A DNA stretch of 63,717 bases, counting the filler, from Squatina squatina (taxonomy: Eukaryota), in NCBI GenBank assembly GCA_031763465.1. It is 3 parts of 3 records of this genome, joined end to end, with 100 filler letters (N's around TTAATTAATTAA, not from the genome) between each part and the next. Parts side by side here need not be neighbours in the genome. Positions count along the whole stretch, not along the records: positions 16,820 to 47,274 come from JARFOE010000001.1; 2 more parts are not named here. One strand, written 5' to 3'. The notes under the pieces were generated by a model. That model made no database searches. It was not told the origin of the DNA and was given only the letters and a program-made list of their open reading frames with translations. Positions within the stretch are counted from its first letter, which is position 1, and every line of letters begins with the position of its first letter. Positions 36,060 to 47,374 of this stretch are shown here, in pieces. The position numbers and the translations under genes were made by a program.

Positions 36060-36365
36060 TGAGCAACAACTTGTATTTATACAGCACCTTTAACATAGTA
36101 AAACATCTCAGGCGCTTCACAGGAGCGATTATCAAAAAAAATTGATGCCAAACCACATAAGGAGATGTTAGGACAAAAGCTTGGACAAAAAGTTAGGTTT
36201 TGAGAAGCATCTTAAAGGGGGAGAGACACAGAGAGAGGCGCAGAGGTTTAGGGAGGGAATTTCACAGCTGAGGGTCCAGTTAGCTGAAGGCACGGCCACC
36301 AATGGTGAAGCGATTAAAATCAGGGGTGCTCAAGAGGCTAGAATTGAAGGAGCGACCGGAGGATG
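36060..36365 (-). mobile_element. L2-type LINE 3' end
   Basis: Minus strand FNRFTIGGRAFS plus the shared tail CAACAACTTGTATTTATACAGCACCTTTAAC. Confidence 0.75.
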
Positions 36366-36544
36366 NNNNNNNNNNNNNNNNNNNNNNNNNNNNNNNNNNN
36401 NNNNNNNNNNNNNNNNNNNNNNNNNNNNNNNNNNNNNNNNNNNNNNNNNNNNNNNNNNNNNNNNNAAAATAGCTTCTTTGATGCTGCGTCTTTACATCTA
36501 AACATGACCAAAAACATAACATTGCCCTTTCCATTCCATTTTAG

Positions 36545-36685
36545 TTGTACTGCGAGCCACAGAGTTACCGCCCAATGAATCACGAAGATTTCAAAGAGGA
36601 TCTTCGGAAATTCCGCTTTAAGAGCAGGACATGGGCAGGTGAACGAAGCAAGAGGGAAATGTACAGCCGGCTGAAGAAGTTGTGA
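36545..36685 (+). CDS. CDC25B: CDC25 phosphatase terminal coding exon; CDC25B by synteny with AP5S1
   Basis: ccattttag acceptor; [46 protein letters not shown]; 141 nt, phase 0; not in the ORF track. Lies upstream of AP5S1 on the same strand, as in human 20p13. Confidence 0.85.
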   Translation: MYCEPQSYRPMNHEDFKEDLRKFRFKSRTWAGERSKREMYSRLKKL

Positions 36686-39600
36686 AGACGATGACCTTTT
36701 GTGATGGGTGGAAGGCGTTTTTCCTCATTGAACTTCTGGGCTGGCTCCATGCCACTGTACATTAATGCCTCAGATCATTGGTTGGCAGTGGATACTGCAG
36801 TTAACTGGGATGCAGGAACGAATTTCAGCCACAGCGTGGTCTTCCATTACCTGTTCTGCACACTGTTGAGCTAGTGACGTGTGGGCAGGGACCACAGATT
36901 TAATTTTTTTCAAAAAAAACTTGTGCCAAGTACGGAGTCCACAGTGGCCACGAGTGTAAAGCCTGTGTTGATGGAAACTGATGTATAAACTTATGTAAAG
37001 GGTTGATCAACCTAATGGGTTGCTAGTTGGCTGTTTTATAGCCGTTACGTACACGTTGTGGCTGACTGGTGCATTGTTAATTCTGGTGCCGGCCAAGAGT
37101 TAATAATGCTGGAGGCTCATGGAGCTTCCTCAGCTGACTGGCTAATTACATGAATAATGACTTTAGGAGAAAAGGGAAGGGGGTGAATGAGTTTCTATAT
37201 CATCCACTTGTGATCTTCCATCATGTAAATCAGTGCTGTGAGGCCACAGTGCCAACAAATATTGGGCCTGTAGACTTTTATTTTTTTAAAAACTTACTCT
37301 AAAATGATTTAAGATCACTGCTAATTTACTTCCACTTGTTCCTGACGTGAATTGGGAGTAACGTAACTTTTGAGTTAACTTTTAAAAATAGGTTGAAATA
37401 ATCAGACTAGCTTTCACTCAAGACTCCTGGATTGTAGCTCAAGAGGTCTGTTCTGTTCATTTATTATACATCAGCCTATTTCATATTTTTCAAATGAATA
37501 GTTCTTAAAATTTGAGTGTCTTGCACAAGATGGTTAACTTTTTTTCTGATCTGCCAAATTGTTTTTTTAAAAACCACTTTGAAGTCTTGTTGCATTAACA
37601 GAACCTTCGCAGCACTTAAAATTTGGACTTGGTGCCTAGTTCTGCTGACATTCTGAACTAGAATACATTTTGTACACGATTAATTTCTGAACACGTGATG
37701 CAGAATACTTTGCACTGTGTTTTAAGAGCCAAAAGCATTGTGGCAACACTTTGATTTGTGTAGTCCACATTTTGTGCTTGGTGTTTCTTTGAAGATTTAA
37801 TATTAGTTCAATCAGGTGAATAAGTTAATGATGTATGCTGGGGTTTTGCATACAGGTTTGTTTTGCACAGGATGTGCTATAAACAGTAGGTCTGCATACT
37901 TTGCAAGTTTTAAATGGTAAAGAACATTTTTTTACTTGCTATTCCAGTGCCAAGGTAAACTTTGGATCTATTATAGGATTTTACTCTCTTTCTGGACAAT
38001 TCAAAATCATCCTATATGAATTTCCATCATTTTCATATTTTAAGTTATTTTAAAATTTTACATTCTTTTCATACACCATAGTAGAGAAACCAGATCAGTG
38101 GTAAAAATGTGAGACTAGTGACTTGAAAGGGAAGGAAAGTCTTGGGAGTTTGGCCTTAATCAATATCTTCCAGTTTAAACAGGGGGAGGGGTGATTGTGA
38201 CATGCTTTTCCTGGGGTGGGCTACCTTCATGACCATTTCAGGATACTTAACTGTTGGGTAAAGTCTTTGTTTGTGCAACTTTTAGGAAATGTTCTAAGTT
38301 TTTTCCCTCCACATAAAATGGAGAAGCAACTTGAACAAAGTTGTCCTTGCCCTGGTTTTCTCCCCCTTACTTTAAATGAGCCATGTTTAACTTCAGAGGG
38401 GTCCTCGATATGGCATTCGAGCTGAGTATCAGCACAACTTTCAGTGCTGCTAATGCAAAGGACTTTTTTTTTCCAAAAACTGACTTTCCAAAGGCTGTAG
38501 AGCCTGATTCCCACTTAACACAATAGCCCAAGTTATTTGTTTATCGTTGCCAATAGACATGAATGAAGTGTGAAATCTGGATATATGTAGTCCTGAACAT
38601 TGGGTCAATTGGCTTGTTCACCTTCCACTGTTAAGTTCCTAGTTGCAGCACTCCACATTTGAACCTACAGGGACATCCTAGCATTGTACACTTCAGCACA
38701 CCAATTTCTATCTATTTATGGGCCAACTTAACTTATTACACTACCCATAATGTATGCAAGTCTGATACCTGACCAGTCACCCCAGACTCGTACCTTTTTT
38801 CTGAATGTTTCGAGTTTGGGTGGTGCTTTCCCACCCAAGTTAGATCTTGGACTAATCTGTTTCTGTACTGCCTAAAGTGATCAACACAATGTTTTTACAT
38901 TCAATGATCCACAAGCTTGTGAAAGCATTTGTATATTGGTCATTACTGCCTTTGGAGATTGACAACCGATTGTGAACCGTGTGAAGTGAGTGAGTGGGAA
39001 GAGGGGTGCAGAGTTGGTGTGGTGTGATGCTTATTTTGCAATGTGGCTGTAATAATGCAAGTATGGTTTAATTGTATGCTGTACAGAGATGTACCTACTT
39101 TAGCCAAACTGCCTTAAGTGCAGGGAAATAAATGGCTATAGATGGGACAATCCATTTTCTTTCTATTGCATTGCCACTTCAGTCTGGGGTGAAAACTCCA
39201 GTGTACCTCATTCATCCCATAACCTGCACTAGCTTCACCGGGCCTTGTTTTCTTCTGTCAGTGCCACCCATTACTTTGGTATCACGCTGGGGAGCAGAGA
39301 GAATAGCCAGCCTCATTCCTCTACTGGAGATGCAATAGGCTAATTGCAGCATCCAAGCTGCGATGATTGGTGATGTTACAAGAGGAATCTAGAAAAAAAT
39401 GCCCCAGTTTTCTCCCGCCTTCTGCCCATGGAGCTGATGTTCACTGGGTGATATATTTCCACGAATGCTCAAGCTCATGTGTCAGCCTAGAGTGCGAATG
39501 CTGGCAGGCTATTCAACCATGGAGGGCACTGCAACTGAGCCTGATGCTTTGGCAGCATGGGTCACTGGGTCGAGGTGGTGGAGCTGATGTTATTTATCCT

Positions 39601-40004
39601 CTACCTTAAGTCCAAGGGGTGGTGAGGACAACTGAAGCACCTTTACCACTGCCCTGACAGATTTCAATCAAACTCGGCAAGACCGAGGTTGGTACTTGGA
39701 GCCTTCTGGTCTGTGTGACTGAGCAACACCTTTCACTGACTCGGCCTTTGAGGGAGCTGAGTTCTGGATTTATATAATGTGTCAGAGGCTGCCAACTAGC
39801 AAAAGAAGTTCTGACCATCTTTGGGTTGAGTGCAGTGCTTCNNNNNNNNNNNNNNNNNNNNNNNNNNNNNNNNNNNNNNNNNNNNNNNNNNNNNNNNNNN
39901 NNNNNNNNNNNNNNNNNNNNNNNNNNNNNNNNNNNNNNNNNGCACAATCGGGGCAACGTAACAACAGAATTAGTGATTGCGCTCTGCTGTGTTTTGATTT
40001 CCAG

Positions 40005-40431
40005 ACAAGTGAAGTCCTCTTGTATCCTGGTTCGACAGGCTGCAGACAAACCCCTCCCTGACCTTGGGTCTGTGATAGGCGAGGAATCGGCTGGCCCTCA
40101 GGACCCGGACCTGGGCGTGTTCCGTCTCCCCGCCGGCGACGTTTTCACGGAGGAAACGACAGTGGTGTGGATGGCAGTCCTTTCCCTGGGCTTTGCCCTG
40201 ATCTGTGACCCCTCCGAGAACCTAATGCTGGCGGAAAACACCCTGAGATTGCTGGTGAAGTATTTCACGGAGCATTTGAAACTACTGGTTCAATGCAGTG
40301 ACGTTGTGCTGAAGACTGACAGAATCGAGGCGATCGTGAATACATTTTTGCCACACGGGCAACTGATGTTTATTAACTGTTGCTTCATTCAGAGTCTGGA
40401 GAAAGAGCTGAATGCTTCAATGTTCAAGTGA
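40005..40431 (+). CDS. AP5S1: AP-5 complex subunit sigma-1, terminal coding exon
   Basis: tttccag acceptor (phase 2); QVKSSCIL...GVFRLPAGDVF.EETTVVWMAVLSLGFALICDPSENLMLAENTLRLL...DRIEAIVNTFLPHGQLMFIN..FIQSLEKEL. Confidence 0.9.
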
Positions 40432-41434
40432 TGGCGCCTGCTGTCGTCTCTACACTGCTTTTACTTTCCTGCAAGCTGCCCTTCTCTCTGCAATTTGCTC
40501 TCCCACCCTGCTGAAGATGCTGGCCTTTGCTTGTGTATAGTTCACCCAAGTGGTAGTTCTTTCAATATGAACCCGGGCNNNNNNNNNNNNNNNNNNNNNN
40601 NNNNNNNNNNNNNNNNNNNNNNNNNNNNNNNNNNNNNNNNNNNNNNNNNNNNNNNNNNNNNNNNNNNNNNNNNNNNNNCAGTAAAAACCCTGTCAGAAAT
40701 TGGTGGCGAGTGGAATGCCAGGCGAGGGTTAGACCGTGATTGGGCCCGAGGCTCAAGGCCGCCCTCTACTCTCTCGGCTCACAGGTGAAGAAATGGTCAG
40801 AGGGCTGAGGAGATGGAGCATGTCCGACTCCCATGGAAGTCGAGTCAGCACCTGCCGGAGAGATCACTGAAAATCAAGTAAAAGCCTAAAATCTGGATGA
40901 CTTACATTGTGAGCGTAAACCATGTGGAAGAATGCTGCTAAGCACATAATATATATTCAGCGATTTCCCCTGAGAGGGTTTTAACCTGTGTCTAAGCCAA
41001 CCGAGGGATAATTACAGTAATTATAAAAATTGCATTATAATTTTTGTTTGGGTACCGACTGAGGCAGGTGGATTTGCTTCCACTCTGGTTCTTTATGCAC
41101 CATCTGCTTTATTAATTACTTTTAATCCTCAAAGGACTGGTGGACTTATTTCATTTCAGCCAAGCAAGCACACTGTGCCTCATTTATAAACAGTATTCGG
41201 CAGGAACAGTGAGGTAGGGGGAGATTCGCAAGGTAAATTTTACAAGGCCCGATTTTCTGATGTGGGCCGATTATGTTCAGGCATAGGGAAACTCACAAGA
41301 GGTGCCTTTACATCTCCCACTTAATCTTTGCCCTCCCTCATCACCATGAGAAGTCCAGGTGTTGTGTAACACTAAGACTGACTTGCAAATTCAAGGATAA
41401 ATTGAACCCGGTGGGAAAATCTTTTACCCCATGG

Positions 41435-41850
41435 ACAGAAACATAGAAACATAGAAAATAGGAGCAGGAGTAGGCCATTCGGCCCTTCGGGCCTTGACTG
41501 CCATTCAACATGATCATGGCTGATCTTTCANNNNNNNNNNNNNNNNNNNNNNNNNNNNNNNNNNNNNNNNNNNNNNNNNNNNNNNNNNNNNNNNNNNNNN
41601 NNNNNNNNNNNNNNNNNNNNNNNNNNNNNNGCTCATCCAGAATTGGATGTCGGGCAAGCAGTCTGACAATTTCGAGACCGTGGAGAGGGCGAGAGAAGCG
41701 GCGGTGAGATAGAGCTGGGTGTCGTCAGCGTACACGTGGAAACTGACGGAACAGCCTTGCTTTGTTCTTGATTTCACCACCAGAGGAAATAGTTTCCCTC
41801 GATCCACCCTATCAAATCCCTTTCTCATTTTAACGACCTCGGTTAGATCC
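41435..41850 (-). mobile_element. Cluster of CR1 terminus, L2 RT and CR1 RT fragments
   Basis: CR1 tail (AGAAACAT)2...GGCCATTCGGCCC; L2 VSFHVYADDTQLYL...LSDCLPDIQFWMS (41631-41750); CR1 DLTEVVKMRKGFDRVDRGKLFPLV (41760-41850). Confidence 0.8.
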
Positions 41851-43819
41851 GAAATAGAAAGCGGGGCTCCGTGGACACTCTGGATTGAGTTTTTATATGG
41901 AGCCCGCAGACAGCAAACATGTGGGACGGGACCCACCTTGTGTTTACAGGCTGAAAGATAACAGCGGCCTTATCCTGATAGCTAAACTGTAGGCCCATAT
42001 TATCGTGGGTCTGCATCGCTGTTGGAATACAGGAGCAGGTCTTATTATACAGCGAAGGGTCAGCTGTCAGAGCAATCGGGTAATTTAATGAGAGAAAGAG
42101 GCAAACAAAGGATGTAAATAAGACTGAAAAAACTGCATTCTTCATTTATCAAATCCCGCTGAATGTCACATTTGTATCTGCCAAACTGTTTACTTCCTAA
42201 TGCCCTCAAGCTTTCCCTTTTTTTTAAAACCATCATCTTCAGTTTGTTAAATTTATTTCAAAAAGCCTCTGGACATGAAGATTTAATAGATGGCATTTTT
42301 CATACCATTCATCTGTGGGGAAAGATCCACAATTGTTGACCATTTATTCCGCACTATTCTCTTCCCCAAAGGTACAGTTTCCTGCATTTGTCATTACTTG
42401 GGGAATCTATTCCTCACTCGACGACCAGTTATTACTGATATTAATACCGGCTGNNNNNNNNNNNNNNNNNNNNNNNNNNNNNNNNNNNNNNNNNNNNNNN
42501 NNNNNNNNNNNNNNNNNNNNNNNNNNNNNNNNNNNNNNNNNNNNNNNNNNNNNTTCGGGTTAAAGAAAAAGGATGTTTTACAACTTAAAGTCTTGTACCT
42601 TGAGTCCATGAATTCTTTCTTCTCAAGTCACTGAGACAGCACAAGATTAATCCGTACTACCGCTCCTCTCCATCACTCCACTGTCCGCCCTGTCACACTG
42701 AAACAAAGTTAATCTTTTCATTGCAATTCTAATATTCAAAAAACCTTTGATTTTAAGGGAGGATTAGAGCGCCTAATTCCATGCATCCTATTTTTTGCCT
42801 TTTGTACAGTTAGGTTCATTTTAATTAAGTTTACATCTGGCACCATTTGCCCCTGTTCTTGTTTGATAGGATTCAACAGGGAGGTGATATTATATTTATC
42901 AGAAAGGAGTTTGCTGACTGTCTGATACTGAGTGATAAGCAATATCTTGAATCTTCATTAGAGCAAAACCTTCTGAAAGTCTTTCATACGAAATTGAAAC
43001 CACGGTGTGTTTTTATGATTAAAGTTGTGTCAGGTTCACCTTCAAAAATCTTTCTTTTCCATTTTAGCGCGATTATAGAAAGGACAAGCGTTTTATTTTT
43101 TTTATTTTCATCCCCTCAAGATCCTGACTCTTGTTGGGATTTGGCGCCATGGATGATCTATCGATGGACAGCTTGAGAACAACAACAACTTGGATTTCTA
43201 TAGCGCCTTTAATGTAGAAAAACGTCCGAGGCGCTTCACAGGAGCATTATCAAACAAAATTTAACACCGATTCACATAAGGAGATATTAGGAAAGANNNN
43301 NNNNNNNNNNNNNNNNNNNNNNNNNNNNNNNNNNNNNNNNNNNNNNNNNNNNNNNNNNNNNNNNNNNNNNNNNNNNNNNNNNNNNNNNNNNNNNNNCCCC
43401 TTTAATAAATCATGCATCCTTGTTCCACCATTTCATTCTCCCCGAGTTTCATAGAAAATGAAGGTCGACAGCCGAGCAACTGCAGTCAGCACAGGCCCTC
43501 AGGTAATGTGACTCACTGTGTGTCAACAGAGCATCTAAATGGCTTGATCATTTCAGGCATGTGTATTTGAACAGAGGGTTGCAAGCTTTTATTTTAACTT
43601 TGCAAGTGTAATGTATTAAACATTTAAACTGAAACTGGGTACATTTTAACATAAATCAGGTCGGTACTAGCTGTTTGCAATAAATAATTCTTTCCCTTTG
43701 AAGGTATTTTCTGTTCACCTTGCTAGAGGCAAGATTTCTTTTGGCTCAATCAGACCTTTCTCTGTCAATTGGAACCTGTGTGAGCAGGTTCTGTCCTTTC
43801 TCTGCAAAGATCCTTAAAG

Positions 43820-44118
43820 ATACCATTGTCAAATCCCCCACCATCAACATCCTGGGTAACAGCATTGACCAGAAACTTAACTGTGGCTACAAGAGCAGGT
43901 CCGAGACTGGGTATTCTGTGGTGAGTGTCTCATCTCCTGACTCCCCAAACCCTTTCCACCATCTATAAGGCACAAGTCAGGAGTGTGATGGAACACTCGC
44001 AACTTGCCTGGATGAGTGCGGCTTGATTGGCATACCATGCACCACCTTAAACATTCACTCCCTGCACCACCCACGCAGTGTGGCTGCAGTGAGTACCATC
44101 TACAAGATGCACTGCAGC
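43820..44118 (+). mobile_element. CR1/L2-group LINE RT C-terminal fragment
   Basis: SPTINILG.SIDQKLN...STIYKAQVRSVMEHS...LNIHSLHH.RSVAAVSTIYKMHC, with frameshifts. Confidence 0.7.
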
Positions 44119-44924
44119 NNNNNNNNNNNNNNNNNNNNNNNNNNNNNNNNNNNNNNNNNNNNNNNNNNNNNNNNNNNNNNNNNNNNNNNNNNNNNNNNNN
44201 NNNNNNNNNNNNNNNNNNTCATGACTGGTTGGTTTCTGCATGAAGAAGAACTTTCTGATGAAACATTCTATTTCTGAACCGAAAGCAGTGAGATCTAAAT
44301 GCAAGGTGTCTTGAACAATCAAAATGGTCTTTTGTTCAGGCTTGAGACAGTTAACGGCTTTCCACTGCAGTAAGGTGACTCCAAATTACTTCATAAATTT
44401 ATAATTTTTGTTCTTGTCACGGCTTGTTATTAATGTACTTGATTCTCAAAATTCTGGTTGTGCGAAGAGCCAAGGTTTCTCTGTTAAACAGTGTTGGCTA
44501 AAATTAAGTACATTAACATGAATATTTTAGAGCTTCTCAGAATCTGTGGCACAACCAGTATTGAAAGCAAGTCTAATGCAATAAAATTTGCTAGGGGTAT
44601 ATTATTTATGTTTGATAAAATCTGCGGCACCCCAGAGATCTCACACAATATTTCCTAAATGTATAAAGTGTCAGTGTGAAGGTTACATAGCAGTGAATCA
44701 ATTATAGCTCATTTACGTTGTCCATTTTCTGTAATATCCTGTACTTTTCCTATTATTAAGCCCTTGGGTTCAACCTTGATTATGGCTGCCTTAAATGTGG
44801 ATGTGCAATTAATACGGATTCTTTGCTTTGCTCATTACTTAGCTGTCAGGTCCAAGTCGTTGTGTGGTGTGTAATATCCCCGAGTAGCAATATGAGGAAG
44901 CACCAACCAAAGGAAAGTATGAAT

Positions 44925-45515
44925 CGCATTTACATAAGCACATTTCGTGACCTCAGGACGTCTCAGAGCACTTTACAGCCAATGAAGCACTTTTGAGGTG
45001 TAGTCACTGTTTCAATGTAGGAAAGGAGACAGCCAATATGCACACAGCAAGGTCTCACAAACAGCAATACATGTTCAGAAAATCTGTTTTAGAGATGTTA
45101 GTTGAGGGATAACCATCGGCTGGGACACCGGGAGAACTCTCCTGCTCTTCTTCGAATAGTGCCATGGGATCTTCTGCACCCTTTGGAGAGGCCAGTCAGG
45201 TAGGGTGACCAGTTCTGAAGATGGCCAAAATCAGGCTGTGCTTGCGCAGTCAGGGATCCGCCTCTCGCTCCTAGAAACCAGGGCATTTGAGCAATTTTAA
45301 GGTAAGTGTTGCGACACGGGGACATGTCCTGAAAAACTGGGCAAAACCAGGGCGTCTAGTCACCCTACGCCTGAAAGATGGCACCTCTGACAGTGCGGCA
45401 TTCCTTCAGTGTTACACTGGCAGTGTCAGCTTGGATTATGTGCTCAAGTCTCTGGAGTGTAGCTTGAAGCCACAACCTTCAGAAGCGAGAGCGTTACCAA
45501 TTGAGCCAAGGCAAT
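44925..45515 (-). mobile_element. Deu-domain SINE interrupted by a TIR element
   Basis: Tail and core at 44925-45200, head at 45368-45515; both are reverse complements of the other Deu-SINE copies. Confidence 0.75.
45201..45367. mobile_element. 167-bp MITE with hAT-Blackjack-like TIRs
   Basis: TAGGGTGACCAG (45201-45212) and CTAGTCACCCTA (45356-45367) are an 11/12 inverted match; no 8-bp TSD. Confidence 0.7.
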
Positions 45516-45862
45516 GTTAAACTGCTTCCCTACAGCACGGGAGATGGACAATTTTGGAGGACAGGTCACCTAGCCAGCTTTATATAGAAAATGTAATCTA
45601 AGCCGACACTACAAAATAGTACCAAGGGAATGCTGCATTGCTAGAGGCGCTGTCGTTCGTACGAGATGTTAAAGTGAGCTGAAATAAAAAGGGAAAACTG
45701 CAAATTCGGGAAGTCTAAAATAAAGCTGGAATTACACAGCAGGTCAGTCAGAATCTATGGAGNNNNNNNNNNNNNNNNNNNNNNNNNNNNNNNNNNNNNN
45801 NNNNNNNNNNNNNNNNNNNNNNNNNNNNNNNNNNNNNNNNNNNNNNNNNNNNNNNNNNNNNN

Positions 45863-46040
45863 AGTGCTGTAAGGGAGAGAGTTCCAGGATTTTGACCCAG
45901 TGACGATGAAGGAACGGCAATAGACTTCCAAGTCAGGATGGTGTGTAACCTGGAGGGGAACTTGGAGGTGGTGGTGTTCCCATGAGTCTGCTGCTCTTGG
46001 ACCTTCTAGGTTGTGGGTTTGAGAGGTGCTGTCGAAGAAC
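45863..46040 (-). mobile_element. CR1/L2-group LINE 3' region
   Basis: Minus strand RSFIVTGSKSWNSLP; same family as 15940-16390. The family's 3' terminus is seen at 46646-46748 (+). Confidence 0.7.
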
Positions 46041-47274
46041 TGGGTGGGTGAGTGGAGGTGATGATGTTCCAAGAGCACCAATGTCCTTTTCGGTGGTCGT
46101 GGCCACCGAAGAGCATCAGAGTGATGCTCTGAGGAACAGAGTACCCCTGTTGGAGAGACAGGGAACTCACCTAGTAGGAGACATATGGAAACAAATTTGA
46201 ATGCTATCTCCTTACAGGTCAATCCGCTAGTACCAATCCCTCATACTAATCATCTCGTGGAGAGGGAAAAAAATCGATAGCCATAAGAAGTAAATACATT
46301 TCAAAACAGATATTTCAAAGTGCTCAGTCATGTTAATTTTGATTTTATGATCCCGAGATGCTGCACTGAGTCAACTGATAAGGACCAATTTCAATATTCG
46401 ACAAGACTAAAAGTTAAATAAATAGCAGATAGCTGACAAATGTACACACACTTATCACTGATCTATACCTGCTCACCCCAAATGATGCAAGTCCTTTTGT
46501 ATTGAAAAATGGTTAGAATTGATAAGCATTGTAGCAACATTGCGGNNNNNNNNNNNNNNNNNNNNNNNNNNNNNNNNNNNNNNNNNNNNNNNNNNNNNNN
46601 NNNNNNNNNNNNNNNNNNNNNNNNNNNNNNNNNNNNNNNNNNNNNGAAGGCGTCTCCCCACCACCCTCTCGAGGGCAATTAGGGACGGGTAATAAATGCC
46701 GGCCTTGCCAGCGACGCCCACATCCTCCTGAATGACTAATAAAAAAATGAAATGTCGCACAGAGAAACTCACTCTCCCACAGAGAAGTTCACGGCAGCAG
46801 TGTACCTTTAAAGTAACGATAGAAAGCAAATTCGAGCATGAAGCTGGATTGCCTTGGAAACGTTAGGCCAAAATCTCTGCAAGTCGCATTCATTTAAAAG
46901 ACAGGCCTGCTATCAGGCTGAGCCCTGCCTCCCGGCTAATGATGACTGACCCAGGGAACAGCAGTCATCCCCATCAAATGCTTCAATAATCATTGGCAGT
47001 GACAGTTGGTGATTGAGGGTAATCTGGTGTTTAATTATACAATGCTATTTGCAGAAAATATTTAATTTAACTTTACCTATTATGTGTGATGAAGAAGACT
47101 GACTGGATAAGAAGTACTGAGCTAATCTAGTGATAAGGCTCCTTTAGGTTGCTCTGTGCATGCGACGTCATCAATCTGAAGGGAGGGGACGGAGGTTTAC
47201 TCTGTGGACTATTGTGAGCAAAACTATAAACCAATTCTTTAAGAATAGTGTTATGTATCAGGATTGATGTTTTG

Positions 47275-47374
47275 NNNNNNNNNNNNNNNNNNNNNNNNNN
47301 NNNNNNNNNNNNNNNNNNTTAATTAATTAANNNNNNNNNNNNNNNNNNNNNNNNNNNNNNNNNNNNNNNNNNNN
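47275..47374. other. Artificial scaffold-joining linker (N44-TTAATTAATTAA-N44)
   Basis: 12-mer at 47319-47330; same structure as 16720-16819. Confidence 0.95.

Noticed and set aside
42847-43176. 109-aa ORF as a MAVS CARD exon (expected neighbour of AP5S1)
   Set aside because: Only CLILSDK is reminiscent; no other CARD motifs or convincing splice pair.
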